Shown here: positions 38,386 through 51,739 of the stretch, in pieces | How positions within the stretch are numbered: the first letter of the stretch is position 1 | Layout: every line of letters begins with the position of its first letter | From: Felis catus | Lineage: Eukaryota | DNA: 64,000 nucleotides | Direction: 5' to 3' | Assembly (NCBI RefSeq): GCF_018350175.1 | Contig: NC_058382.1 | Coordinates: forward strand, 49,354,001-49,418,000 | Program-made: the position numbers and the translations under genes | Notes under the pieces: generated by a model | Database searches by the model: none | What the model was told of the DNA's origin: nothing | What the model saw: the letters and a program-made list of their open reading frames with translations, nothing else

Positions 38386-38926
38386 CTACAACAGGATCAG
38401 CACCGAGTGTTGTCGATTTACAAATCACTCGTTGAGGGTCTACCATGTAACGGACTGTTACATGGGCAGCGGGGGGACACAAGAGTATTACCAGATCCTC
38501 TCTCTATCCTTAAGAAACTCCACTTTGTTTTGCTTAAAACAAAGCAAACAGAAAAAGACTTATCCAGCTCTCCTTCACGCATGCTTGGCATATGGGCCTG
38601 TGAGCCAGATTTCTTTCTGCTCCGTCGCCACGCGTAGTTTTAATGAAGGACACAAGGCGGTGTGTGCTCTTCCCCCAAATAGGACAGACCGCAGTGTCGG
38701 CCCCCCTTCCTCACTATCACTCAAGGAGAAGGGCTGTGACACGCAAACAGACCACCCCACCCCACGATCCTGGAGGTAAAACCACCAAATTTAAGTAATC
38801 GAGCACCAAGACCCAAGAGAACAAACACACATTGCAAAAGAAAACAATACATGATTAATAAGCTTATATAAGACAAAGGCAGAAGGAAACCTCAGAAATA
38901 AATATACATTAAAGTAAGACTTTACA

Positions 38927-39405
38927 GGGCGCCTGGGTGGCTTAGTCGGTGAAGTGTCTGACGTCAGCTCAGGTCATCACCTCCGAGTTCATGAGTTTGA
39001 GCCCCTCGTCAGGCTCTGTGCTGATAGCTCAGAGCCTGGAGCCTGCTTCAGATTCTGTGTCTCCCTTTCTTTCTCTCTCGCTCTCTCTCGACCCCTCCCC
39101 TGCTCATGCTTTGTCTGTCTCTCTCTCAAAAATAAATAAAACATTAAAAATTTTTTAAATAAGGGGCGCCTGGGTGGCTCAGTCGGTGAAGCGTCCGACT
39201 TCAGCTCAGGTCACGATCTCACAGTCTGTGAGTTCGAGCCCCGCGTCGGGCTCTGTGCTGACAGCTCAGAGCCTGGAGCCTTCTTCGGATTCTGTGTCTC
39301 CCCCTCTCTCTGAACCTCCCCCGTTCATGCTCTGTCTCTCTCTGTCTCAAAAATAAATAAACATTAAAAAAAAATTAAAAAAAATTTTTTTAAAGAAAAT
39401 AAAAT
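38927..39405 (+). mobile_element. Two tandem Can-SINEs (38927-39162, 39163-39405)
   Basis: Two gggcgcctgggtggct heads with (CT)n and tails. Confidence 0.93.
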
Positions 39406-39792
39406 ATTACTAAGCTATCAAATTAGAAGACATATGTAAATAACACTCAATGCTGACAAGGCTGCATTTGTCACTGCTGCTATTTATACCAAATAGCACA
39501 ACCTTTTGGCAAAAAACTGACAATTTTTATCAACCAACTTCAAATTTTCCTTTCTTAAGAGAGTTATTTCATTTCACAAAAAGCTTTAGATAACAAAAGA
39601 TGTTCATCTTGGTATTATCTGGGCTACCAGAAAACCAGAAACAACACAAATAGTAAGTGGGGAATAATTAAATTTTAGAGTCGATTATGGACTAGCTATC
39701 TGATCCAATATGATATAGCCACTAAATGTTCTACTTAGGGATTATAGCACAGGGAAAATGCATGTGTTGTAACGTTAAATGAAAAAAGTACA

Positions 39793-40187
39793 GGGGCACT
39801 TGGGTGGCTCGGTCGGTTGAGCGTCTGACTTTTGGTTTCAGCTCTGGTCATGATCTCACGTTTTGTGGGGTTGAACCCCACGTCAGGCTCCACAGTGACA
39901 CTGTCGGGCCCGCTTCGGATTCTGTCTCTCCTTTCTTTGCCCTTCCTCCTGCTCACGCTTGCTCTCTGTCTCAAGATAAAAAAAACATTAAAAAAAAAAA
40001 AAAAAAAGCGTGAGTGGGAGAGAGCCAAAGCATAAGAGACTCTTAAAAACTGAGAACTGAGGGTTGATGGGGGGTGGGAGGGAGGGGAGGGTGGGTGATG
40101 GGTACTGAGGAGGGCACCTTTTGGATGAGCACTGGGTGTTGTATGGAAACCAATTTGACAATAAATTTCATATATTGAAAAAAAAAA
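39793..40187 (+). mobile_element. Can-SINE with a feline L1 3' end (40012-40187) at its tail
   Basis: SINE head; then gagagagccaaagcataagagactcttaaaaactgagaac...gacaataaatttcatatattg; TSD aaaaaaaagcgt. Confidence 0.88.
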
Positions 40188-40299
40188 GCGTAAGAAAACA
40201 CCAAAATGTTAGCACTTGTCTCTGAGTAATAGGTCTATAAATGATTTTTATTTTTCCTTTTATATTTCCTACAAAGAGCATCTATTACTTCTATAATTA

Positions 40300-40490
40300 G
40301 TGTTGGTCTATGAGGTTAAGAGCAGTCTCCAGAATCAGGCCTCCCTGAGTTTAAATCTTGACAACATACCATGCTTCAGTTTACCCGTCTGTAAAATGGG
40401 GATAAAAACCACTTATTTTAAAGGCTAGTCATATAGAGAGTTCTTAGAACAATGCTGTGCATAATGAACGATTAGTAAATGCTACTATTA
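40300..40490. mobile_element. MIR fragment (one of several, e.g. near 4330-4490, 20620-20850, 51540-51700)
   Basis: cttcagtttacccgtctgtaaaatggggata MIR core. Confidence 0.7.
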
Positions 40491-41039
40491 TCAGTCATCT
40501 GGGTGTGTGAACGAAATCCAACATTCCCACGGATACTGCACTTTTTTAAGGCTCTGATGCCTGGTACCATCAGTGCTGCTTTGACATGGGAAAGTGCCAG
40601 AGAAGTAAGAATATGACCTACAAGTTTTACAATCCATGTGAGCAAAAGTCTTAAGTATTAATGGAACAAAACAAAGGTTAAAACCCTTTAAACGAAATAG
40701 ATAAAATTGCCGAGGGAAGTCAGGGTTGTTAGTGCAACAGTCAGAAGGCTAGAAAGGAACAGTTCGGCAGTCGATCTCTGAAAGACAAAGAACAATGCTA
40801 GTCTGGAAAACAAGCTAGTTTTCCAATGCTAGTCTGGAAAACAAGTACTGACAGGGTTGATGGCTGAATACCAAATGGTTTACCTTGCCTACGGCCTGAA
40901 AACATTCTAAAGCAAATATATATGCTCTACAAATTAACCAAATATTTTATTTAAACCATTTACTATGTGTAAGTGCTATGCTAATGATGAAAGGAATAAA
41001 ACCAGTCGCCAATTTAAGAAATAAAGAGAGGGGCGAACG

Positions 41040-41700
41040 GCTCTCACCAGACTGGACGAAGGGACACAGACAAAAACTAACACATAGAAGGTGCACCTGG
41101 CCACCTCTACTTACGGACTCACCTGCTCACCTGAGAGCCACCTAAGGCAGAGGGCTTCGGCGGCACACGCTGCCCCAGCAGGTCCTGGCACCGAACGCAG
41201 CAGACTCCGCGTCTCCGCTTCATCTCCTTCCCCTCTCCCCAACCACACGACCAACTCCCTGCCACGAGGGAAGGGGCGAGGCTGCCAGGGCCACGCTGAG
41301 ACTGGACAGTCAGCACCCAGGCTGACGGTTTCGGGAAAACGACAAGTGGGTGCTCCCCGGAGGCTGAGGAGCTCTAGCCTCCAGTTCCAGAAAGCAGGAG
41401 CAGTAGGACACCCCAGATCTTACAGAAAGAAGTCGACTGCTCTGTGCGTTACTACCCAATCATCCGGCAGGTAAGTTCGGGGGGCCTTTCCCCGAGTCAT
41501 TGTCCTCTCCGATACCAACAAACCAAACTCTGAACAGACTCTCCGTGGCGGCAGCTGCCAGGGACCCTGCCCCTCTTCCCTGCCCGTCAGTTACGTGGGC
41601 TGTGCGGGGAGAATCCGGGCTCTGCCGGCTCTTTGGAGGCTGAAAGGACAGCTAGACGTCTAAGGGAGGATCCGAACACGCTACGTACCTCGCCTCAGTG
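41040..41700. promoter_or_regulatory. Intronic CpG-rich segment (candidate internal promoter)
   Basis: About 35 CpGs in ~660 bp by hand count; outward-facing 5' splice sites on both strands. Confidence 0.35.
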
Positions 41701-42182
41701 ATTTATACCAGAAATACTCAGGATGGAATATGTCCTAGAACAACTAGTTTGCACTTCGCAATTTGGGGCAGGGATAAGAAGCCTGCTGACCATTCTAGAA
41801 CAGTGTCTGGTTCCCAGGCTCGACCTCCTCAGTGACCCATTGGCTATGATTATCTTCATTTTGAAGACGAGGTAACTGAGGCTTGGAGTAGTGGAGTGGC
41901 TCACCTGACATCATAATTAGGAGGCAGCAAAATGGGGCCCTCACTTAGGTCAGGCCTAGTTCATTTGCTTAACCACTGATCGGAATATTCTCTATCTTCC
42001 TTCAACATCAGTTTGATCACGAAGCAAATGTCATCTGGCACTGTGATCTCAAAATGGCAATTTGCCACACTGCAGAGGACACCCTGGCTTCTCAACACAA
42101 GTCCTGCTACTCACAACATCCTCTTCATTCCCACTGCGAGGGACTAAAGACCACCTGGGGTGGGAGGGAAGAGATTACTCAC

Positions 42183-42271
42183 CCGCTTGTCCCATATCCG
42201 CACGTCCCCATCATGACTGGTGGCGAGGCAATTAGCATTTTTTTTATTCCATTTGACCTGTGAGGCACCCG
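42183..42271 (-). CDS. WDR59: WDR59 exon 7 (89 nt)
   Basis: cag|GASQVKWNKKNANCLATSHDGDVRIWDKR|gtgagt. Confidence 0.97.
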
Positions 42272-43065
42272 CTGGAAAGAAAAATCAGGGGAAGAAAGCT
42301 GCTGCCGTCAACTCCTCTGGAACCAGAGCGGAGTGTGTCCAGGGGGGCTGGATAACGAGTTCTGGCTGAATGAGAACAGAACCCTTCAAGTTTCTAGGAC
42401 TGCACCAGCTCCACCATTAAAGAGAAAATGAAGCCAAAAAATAAATGAATTAACACACTGGAACAGGATCAGAGGCACCTAACGGAGGAAACAATCTGAC
42501 TTAGGAAAAAACTCTACAGGTTACCTCGGCACAGAAGCAGCAGGGAAACATAGTTTCTCATGAGCAGCAGTTCAACATGGCTCTGTTGGCTGGAAACTGA
42601 CTACCCAGCACACAACCTGGCTCTTCATCATCCCCGACGACCAACCTGGAGCACCCACCCAGAAGAGCCTCAGCTCAACGCCTGCTCCTTCCCACTTACT
42701 TGCTCACCTCCTCGCCTATTTAGGAGGGCAATCTTGGAGAAACAAAGGTTCCTCAGCTGAAGAATAAGCCTCCTTGTTGCTCAATTCTGCCCTCAGAAGG
42801 GTATGTGTACCACCCCCCTCCTACGCTCTCTTCTCCCATCAGCGGCTACACGTGGTCACTGGCCCTGCATTAGGTCAGGGAAAGGGAACGTCCCTGGCAC
42901 CGTGAACTGAGTCCTTTCCCTACTCTGCCAACACAAAGAAGTAACAACAATAACAAAGGAGCTATTTAAGAGAGGAGGCATAGTGTAAAATGCCAGAGGG
43001 GTTGAGGTCTGTCGAAAACCGGGACATATCAGCACTTCTGGTGGACTCTTAAAAATAACCAAGTT

Positions 43066-43270
43066 GGGGTGCCTGGGTAGCTCAGTTGCTTAAGCATCCC
43101 ACCCTTGATCTCAGCTCAGGTCATGATCTTACAGTTCATGAGTTCAAGCCCTGTGTCAGGCTATTTGCTGACAGCGCGGAGCCTACTTGGGATTCCGTCT
43201 CTCCCTCTTTCTGCTCCTCCCCTGCTTTCTCTCACTCTTTGTCTCAAGATAAATGAAGTTTAAAAAATAA
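43066..43270 (+). mobile_element. Can-SINE
   Basis: Head plus TSD aaaataaccaagtt. Confidence 0.92.
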
Positions 43271-45492
43271 AATAACCAAGTTAATTAAGTTAAACCAGAA
43301 CAACACGACAGCTCTGCTTCCCATCTCTTCTTGTCCTCGCTCAGACAACACATAATATTTCTTCCTTTGGGGTGCTGTTTACTAATGGGGACACCATAGC
43401 GAATCCAGGGCTTTGGAAAGCAACCTGAACCACGAGGTCTAGAGTGACACCAACAGAGCAAGGACTGAGAATCTATTACGAAACTGAATTGGTGTCCAGA
43501 AATTACCTCTGCTTGGTTCTGGGGACAGTCTTTGTTTGTTTGTTGTGTTTTTTGCCTGAGACACAGGACATCTTAAGTCACTGAAGAATGAATGGTGGAG
43601 ACCCCTAAAGGAGGAAGGTAGTACACGACTCAGGAGACACAGTTTCTTAGCAAGAAAAGGTATCAGCTCAAGGAGAAGGTGAGTAAGAAGGGTCTGTCCC
43701 AGTTCCTCATGATAGAATTACTTGAAGACTTTCCCCAGTGCAGGGGTCCATCAGACCATGAAGCCTTCCAAAGGGCTCTGGGAACTGCCCAATTCAACCT
43801 GTTTTACTAGGCTCATGACAACAGAGTCAAACAGAGGTCCCAGACCACAGGTGTCCTCAGACAGAGAATACTCCTGAATACACACATGCTCTTGCTTACT
43901 CCCCACCCCAAAGGTATAAACAATGGGCTCATGGAGAGATAGGAACCATGGCCTCTGGGAAGCAACACGAACCAAGGCTGAACCTCTCAGGGAATGGTAG
44001 ATCAAGCAGCTTCCAAAAATCCACAGCTTCTCATTTGCCTCTTTTCTCCTCTTTGCTACCCTGAGAAATCTTTGCTACCCTGCAAGAAAGAAAGAAGACT
44101 CCCTACCTCTATTCTTTAGAGGACTCAGAACAGAAAAGAAAGCAATCAGAAGGAGTGGGTTGAAAAAAAGAACTTTCTTTTGGGAGCTCCTCTAAAACCA
44201 ACCTAACTTAGAAACCTTTAAGTAGAAGCAACAAAATCCTGGGGGAGCAACTGAGGCATTTATAGACGATTTGTGTTTTCATTCAGTTGGATGTCTTCTG
44301 CAACCATGTCTGTGCCCCATCATATGTCTCTGACCATAACTGCCTAAAGGTTGAGGTGGCGGGGGTGGGGGTAGGGGTGGCCCAAAGCAACAGATTTATT
44401 ACGCACTTAGCACAGAGGCACAGGGGCTTGACTCCCATGCCATTTAACAAACATTTACGGAGCATCTCCTTGAGTCAGGCACAAATGCTGACCTTGGGCT
44501 ACAGCACTGAAAAAAAGAGATGTGGTCCCTAACTTCACAAAACAGATAATCCACCTGCTTAATACAGGTGTGATGTTCAATGTCTTTAAATGATGAGGCA
44601 TGGAGATGTGGAAGAAAAAAATATCACATAATCATTTTGGAGCAAATACCACATGTGAATTCAAATGTAATAAACAGATACAAAGGAGCAGGATTTAAGA
44701 GATAGATGATGTATGTTTTTAACACGGATGCCAAAATACAATACTGATGACTGACCTTCATTGCTGTGATATAACCAGTTCTGTGCCCAAATTCTACTCT
44801 CAGGAATTAGTGGGAATGCCCCACAACAGACCCAAAGCAGAATTTCAAAAACAATCCATTCCAACTGAGCAATGAAAACAGGTAGACCAGAAAGTAGTTT
44901 CAAAGTTTCAGGACATCCATATTACACGACAACATGGGGACACAATCAGCATAATCTAGATTGTGGGGAAACTGCAGGACAAACCTGGTTTCTTCAATAA
45001 ATGAACCTCAGGAAAAGAAAAACAAACCAAAAAAGGAGAAGGGGAAGAAACCTACCAATCACAAAAGATGAGAATTCCATCAACCATTATAAGTATGTTC
45101 TCTATTTGGATTCTGATTTAAATTATTTGTAAAAACAAAAACAAAAAAAAACCCAACAAAACAACAACTGAAACTATTAGGGAAATCAGAATACTGCTTA
45201 AATATTTGATATTAAAGAGCCACCATTAACATTTTTAGAGGTCTGTTCATAGTATTGTGGTTACATTTCCATAGAGGATTCTTCTCTTGTAGAAGTATTA
45301 CTGACTGAAATATTTGTTGAGGAAATGATATGACACCGACATACTTCAAAATAATTCCAGAGAAGATGGGAGTGGGGGGCAGGGCAGTAGGTAGGAGTAA
45401 AGATGAAATAAGACTGGCTAGACAGGGACAACTATGGAAGCTGGATCATGAACACAAGGCAGTTCGTTTTCTTCTATTTTTATATGCACCCA

Positions 45493-45930
45493 GGGGTGCC
45501 TGGGTGGCTCAGTCGGTTAAGCGTCTGACTTTGGCTCAGGTCAGGATCTCACAGCTCTTGGGTTCAAGCCCTGCGCTGGGCTCTGTGCTGACAGCTCAAA
45601 GCCTGGACCTGCTTCAGATTCTGTGTCTCCCTCTCTCTCTGCCCCACCCCCACTCGCACTCTCTCTGTCCCTCTCTCTTAAAAATAAACATCAAGGGACG
45701 CCTGGGTGGTTCAGTCGGTTAAGCGTCCGACTTCGGCTCAGGTCGTGATCTCATGGTCCGTGAGTTAGAGCCCCATGTCGGGTTCTGTGCTGACAGCTGA
45801 GAGCCTGGAGCCTATTTCAGATTCTGTGTCTCCCTCTCTCTGACCCTCCCCCGTTCATGCTCTGTCTCTCTCTGTCTCAAAAATAAATAAACATTAAAAA
45901 AAAAATAAACATTAAAAAAATGTTTTTTAA
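45493..45930 (+). mobile_element. Two tandem Can-SINEs (second inserted in the tail of the first)
   Basis: Heads at 45493 and 45695. Confidence 0.92.
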
Positions 45931-46130
45931 TACATCAATAAAAAGTTTAAAAACAATTTCAGCTCCTGTCCTTGAATCCCGAAATAAGCTCCTGAGCGCA
46001 CTCAGCAGTCCTGACTGTAACTTCCGAGAGCAGCCTAAAGCAAGCCCTTGCCATGAGAGACTCACAACCCCACCGGCCAGGGTGTGGGCAGGGGGCAGTC
46101 CCCGTGGGGGTGGGGGAAGTATACACTCAC

Positions 46131-46168
46131 CTACAGCAGAGAGCGCAACGGTAGGCTTCCTTGTGTCT
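46131..46168 (-). CDS. WDR59: WDR59 exon 6 (38 nt)
   Basis: cag|DTRKPTVALSAV|gtgagt. Confidence 0.95.
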
Positions 46169-46584
46169 CTGAAACAGAAAAGTCAGAAATCAAATGCCCG
46201 ATTCATAGGCCACCATCCACCTGTACTTTTCACCCTCTGCACGCATTTCTCCACTCTCCTTTCAGTGGGTACTTGGAGCTGAGAGAACGTGAGGGCCTTA
46301 GAAGCAACTGTAAAGTGTCTCCCTTCGGGGACAAACTTTCTCATCTGCCTCAAATGAGGCTGAGACTAAATTTCAAATCACATAGCTGCAGCCACAGAAA
46401 ACGAACTATGTGATTCAGCGTGTCCGGCGTGACCCTGATTGTAGGGGTGGAGGAAGCCATAAGAAGCCGTGCCTGGCGTCATTTCTCCCAGTGGCAATGA
46501 AGCAACAGTCATGGAGGCATAACTCTGCGAGAACCTTCCCAGCAGCACTTCAAAGGTGAAGTCAAAAGCTACTCTGATAATCAC

Positions 46585-46990
46585 AGTTGCTAAGAGGTGG
46601 AAACCCAAGTGTCCACTGACAGACGAGTAGATCGACAAAATGTGGTCCAGCCACACGACGGAACATTAGCCAGCCTTCTGACGGAAGGAAATCCTGTCAC
46701 ACGCTACAATATGGATGAACCTTGAGGTCATGGCGTTAAGTCAAGTAAGTCAGTGCCGAAAAGACAAGCACTGCATGACTCCACTCCCACTTGTCTGAAG
46801 GATCGAAAGTAGCCAAAACCATAGGAACAGAAAGTGGGAAGGTGCTTAATGAGCAGAGTGTTAGCTTGGTAAGAGGAGAAAGTTCCGGGGATCCGTTGCA
46901 CAACAATGTGAACATATTTAACAGAACCACACACTTAAAAATGGTGAAGATGGCGTATTTCATGTTTTGGGTTTTTCAACCACAATTCAA
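46585..46990 (+). mobile_element. L1MB-type 3' fragment
   Basis: aaggaaatcctgtcacacgctacaatatggatgaaccttgagg...acacttaaaaatggtgaagatgg. Confidence 0.82.
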
Positions 46991-48286
46991 AACAAAAACA
47001 AAACAAAAACCCTACTCCTGGATACAACGGGAGACTCCTGGAAAGAGAGAGATTCCTGGGCTCACCACAAAGCCAGAGGGCAACTTCTCCACCAAATGGT
47101 AAAGTGACAGAACAGGGCACCAACCCAGGGCTAGGGGGTTCGGACGGCCAATCCGTGGCTCAGGCTTACTAATCCAGAAAACTTGAAAAGGCATCATCTG
47201 TTCAGCATTTTTTAATCCTTAAATTATGAAAACAACGATTTCATGTAAATGAGGAATACTCTAACCTTGCCTCCTAACTCCCTGGGGTTTTGTTTATTTA
47301 AAAGCGCCTCCCTCCCATTTCCCTGGGTTTAGCGCTCCGTCCCCACTCCGGCGCTGCCGTTAGACTGATCACCACCAAGGCAGTGTCCCGGATGCAGGTG
47401 AAGTCCGCTGCACACACCCTCTCGGACTCCCTTTCCCTGATCTGTCCACCTCTCAGTGCAAACCATCACAGAGCCACGGCCATTGGGAGCAGAGCAGTCC
47501 ACTGAGGGGAGAGATGGTCCCGTCTGGGGGACTCTACAGACCACGCCCTCTAGTTAGTCACCTCGAATTGTTATGGCAAAGGAAGCCTCGCTCTACAAAG
47601 GGAGAAGGGGGACAGACAACATGCCCGGCCCTGGGCTGGGGGCTCCTTCCCTCTTCGCCTCACGAAGGGTAACCCTGAGAGGTGGCCCTCAGCCGCCTGG
47701 GGGACTGAAGCCTCACAAAGAGCAAAGCAGATGTGTCTCATAGCATCACCTGCTGTAGCAGACATGTGTCTGTGCCCACAACTCCCCACTGTCACCTGCC
47801 ACGTCAGTTAAACTTCAGCCTGACTTTCAAACGCCAGCACCTATGTTTCTCTGCCAAAGGGACTTCCCTGACTGCTGAAGCCTGTCCTGCACATCTCTGT
47901 GCCAGGCCTGAAGTGCCAGGGAAGGGAGGCCCCAGGGTGCAGCCTGTGACCAGTGACCGACAGTGGATGACGCCCCCACTTCCTGAGCCCTCAAGGGTGG
48001 GACACCTCTGAGGAGTTCTGCACTAGCACCTAGCGGTCCCCGGCAGGAATAAGCTCCACGTGCTCATGCTGCCTCCCGCGTGGACAGCGTGCCCTCCGTG
48101 TGCAGCCTTCCCGCTCCCGTCTCTCCTCCCGCTGGTGCTTCTGTCGCCTCCTAAACAACGTCCTTGCAAGGCATCCTCATCTCGGGGTCTGCACCCAGGG
48201 GAAACCAAACTAAGACAGCTGATCTCTAAAACAAAGGTCCCAGATCGTCCCACAACCCAGTGGTTTGGCCTTTTAATTGTTCTTAC

Positions 48287-48367
48287 TTGATATCCCAAAT
48301 GTAGATGTAGGTGTCCACAGAGCTGGTAACCAGGAGATCCGGCTCAAACACTGCCCAATCCAAGTCA
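48287..48367 (-). CDS. WDR59: WDR59 exon 5 (81 nt)
   Basis: cag|DLDWAVFEPDLLVTSSVDTYIYIWDI|gtaag; WD40 repeat. Confidence 0.97.
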
Positions 48368-48639
48368 CTGGAAACACAAGAAATAAACAGAACAACACCA
48401 AAGAGAAGAAAATTCAGAGTCCAGTTCCAAAGCGCTAGCAGATTTCATTTCTAGTGGCTTCAGAGAGTCACTGTTAATGGTCCTCCTTAAGATGATATAG
48501 GCTAGAAATCTCCAAACTTCTTTGGGAATGAGTAAGACTTAACTGAGCTCTGAAAAAAGCTTTCAGGTCCCTTCCCCTGTCATCACCAGCTATCCCATCA
48601 CCTGCTCCCAAAAAAGAAATGGAGGATTTCAACTTCAAC

Positions 48640-48680
48640 CACACACACACACACACACACATACACACACACACACACAC
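48640..48680 (+). repeat. (CA)n microsatellite
   Basis: About 20 CA units with one interruption. Confidence 0.95.
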
Positions 48681-49381
48681 CCCAAAGCAAAAACATCAAG
48701 TGATTTTTGAGTTGGAATTTTCTAAACCAGATTCAACCACAAGTACCTTGAGTAAAACCAACATCTCTCAAAGCAGCGGCAAACTGTAACACTGCCATGC
48801 AGCTTTCAGGAAGGGTAGGCCTCCCTAACATAGGCCAGGGGTCTGGCCTTTCCCGTTACTTCTGGGTCAGCTCCCCCACTCCTGTACTCCCTGCTGCTAC
48901 TTCCCAGGATGAGTGTTCCCTACCCAGGAATAGTGACCCAAGGACAGGATGGATCAAGGAACACTCCAGAAGGCCATGGGTGGGAGGCAGCTGTGCCCCA
49001 CAGCCACTGGAGAAAGAGCAAAGGGCTGCGTCCTGCTGTCTGTGCTCCCACGCACTGCCGAATGTGAGCTGAGGATTCTGCCGGCATAACTGTGTCTCCC
49101 TCCCATGGCAAAAATCAGCTCTAATCCTTCACTCCAGACTGGGCTGTCCGAGGGCCTTCTGGAATCGAGGACAGCAGTTACAGGAATGCTGGTTTCTAAA
49201 TACTGGTTGATCCCCAGTATGAGAGCCACCGCTTCAGGGAGCGCCAAGGACCTAGCAGTCACCCGTGGCCAATACAGCACAGAGGGTCAAGTTGTGGAAG
49301 GGGGACGGAGCTTTCACGTCACTTCCCGAAGGACTATGACAGAGCGAGACAGGCCGGGAGCTGCGGAGGCCTGGTGCCTAC

Positions 49382-49467
49382 CTGATTACACGAGTGTGGC
49401 CTTGTAAGGTAGTGCCAACTTCCCCGCTGCCATCTTTCCACTTATAAAGGTCAACCCGTTGGTTACT
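49382..49467 (-). CDS. WDR59: WDR59 exon 4 (86 nt)
   Basis: cag|SNQRVDLYKWKDGSGEVGTTLQGHTRVI|gtagg. Confidence 0.97.
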
Positions 49468-49633
49468 CTGAAAAGAAACAAGGGGAAGAAGGCAGCCAGT
49501 CCCACACCCGAACACACGCTCTCACCGCGATCTGCCTAGGGCTGAGAAGACGAAGCCATGCAGAAACTAACTTGCATGGCAGAGACCCTACAGACTGACT
49601 TGCTCACAGAGCCATCAGAAATGAGTACAATTA

Positions 49634-49865
49634 GGGGCTCCTGGGTGGCTCAGTCGGTTAAGTGTCCAACTTTGGCTTGGATCATGATCTCACAGTTCGT
49701 GAGTTTGAGCCCCACGTCGGGTTCTGTGCTGACAGCTGAGAGCCTGAGCTGCTTCGGATTCTGTGTCTCCCTCTCTCTATACCCCTCCCCCACTCATGAT
49801 CTGTCTGTCTGTCTGTCTCTCTCTCAAAAACAATAAAGATTAAAAAATATTTTTTTAAAAAAAGA
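49634..49865 (+). mobile_element. Can-SINE
   Basis: Head plus TSD agtacaatta. Confidence 0.92.
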
Positions 49866-50301
49866 AACAAGTACAATTAACATGTGAGCCAACCTCAGCT
49901 CAGTACATAGGACTATAAATTTCCAAACGGAAGGGCAGTGCTGTCTTCAAAGTGAATCTACCCTGAGTCATTGCAGCTGAATTGAAGCCACCGAGGCGCT
50001 ACTGAGCACCTGAATGAAGAGATGCGCCACCCCCACCCCACCACCCCCACGCCTCCCCCCCCACCCCGCAGGCTGCTCAAAGGACCACCTCCCAGCTCTA
50101 AGCATCACACACCCATCTCTCCAGCTGCTGTCACACTAAGGCTTTCAGCTCACTCTTCCCACTTATCAAAGGCCCAGAGCCCATCCATCACACTTTAAAA
50201 ACACATAAACACAAGAAAGAAAACAGAACCACTATTAAAGGAGTATCCTAGAAGACAAAATTACAGAAGACTCCTTGAAATATGCCTATACTGAATTTCT
50301 T

Positions 50302-50750
50302 TTTTTATACATTTTTTTCTTAATGTTTATTTTTGAGAGAGAGAAAGAGAGATGCAGAGTGAGAAGGAGACAGAGAATCCGAAGCAGAGGCTCTGTGATG
50401 AAAGCCCAAAGCCCAGTGTGGGGCTCAAACTCACATACTGTGAGATTGTGACCTGAGATGAAGTCGGATGCTTAACCGACTGAGCCACCCAGGTGTCCCT
50501 AATACTGAATTTCTTTTCTTTTCTTTTCTTTTTTAATGTTTATTCATTATCTTTGACAGAGAGACAGAGCACGAACAGGAGATAGACAGAGAGAGAGAGA
50601 GAGAGAGAGAGGGATACACAGAATGCGAAGCAGGCTCCAGGCTCTGCCCTGTCAGCATAGAGTCTGACCTGGGATTCAAACCCACAAACCATGAGATTGT
50701 GACCTGAACTGAAGTCAGACGCCTAACCAACTGAGCCATCCAGGCATCCC
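50302..50750 (-). mobile_element. Two tandem Can-SINEs (50302-50499, 50516-50750)
   Basis: atactgaatttctt occurs three times at the junctions. Confidence 0.92.
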
Positions 50751-51256
50751 TATACTGAATTTCTTAAAGGGTTAGGCATAAAGACCTAGGAAAGACTAGG
50801 AAAGACTGACCAGAAAAAAACACACAACAATAGGGAAAGGAGGAAAGAAAAAGCTACATTTCACTGAAAGAAACAACAAGCCAGCAAAATATCTAAATAT
50901 CATGAGCTTATGAAACACACCAAAAGTGAATAAAGACTACAACAGACTGATTACTAATACACAGGCTATCTAATAATTTCTGAACTGATATACAGATGCA
51001 GATCTATTAATATCTATATATTACTAGACTGATTTTCATTTTAGCTCAGAGATGGACAGATGTATAAAGTTCAAAGGTGTTTATCCAGAAATGCCAGTTT
51101 CCAATTCTAAATAGGTAAGGTTTCTGGTCAAAGGTTAGAATTCAAAACAGCTTCCAATGGGAACAGGAGTGAAAAGAAAAGTCCCCTCATATTATAATAA
51201 TATCCCCTGTCATTTCCAGAGGGTCTGCTAACACCAGTCTATGTACTCGGAATCTT

Positions 51257-51512
51257 TTTTTTAATACACAGATTCTGTTTTTATTCAGTTTTTTTCAGTT
51301 ATTTACTTTAAAGAGAGAGAAAAAGTGTGAGTGGGGGAGAGGGGCAGAGAGAGGAGGAGAGGGGAGAGAGAGAGAGAGAGAGAAGGAGAGACTCTTAAAC
51401 AGGCTCCATACTCAGCAGAGCCTGACATGGGGCTCGATCTCACCACCCTGGGACCACGATGTAAACCAAAATCAAGAGTCAGACACTCAACCAACGGAGC
51501 CATCAGGCGCCC
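51257..51512 (-). mobile_element. Can-SINE (older)
   Basis: Reverse head; TSD gtact(c/a)ggaatctt. Confidence 0.85.
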
Positions 51513-51739
51513 AACGTACTAGGAATCTTCAGAGACCCGCCCTCCGTTCTGTCACACAACACTGCACGCTGGCTATCATCACCCACATTACAGGTGAGGC
51601 AGCTGAGGCTCAGAAAGTTGGGAGAGTACAAAAGATAAAACAGGAGTGTCAAAACTAGGACTTGACCTCAGATGTGCCTAACTCCAAAGCTTTTTCTCCT
51701 GAAAAAGGCTCTCTCCCAACCAAGAACAACAAAAGAAAA

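Noticed and set aside
38171..38779. 202-aa plus-strand ORF (longest in the track)
   Set aside because: Antisense shadow over WDR59 exon 8 and flanking intron; no domain-like character
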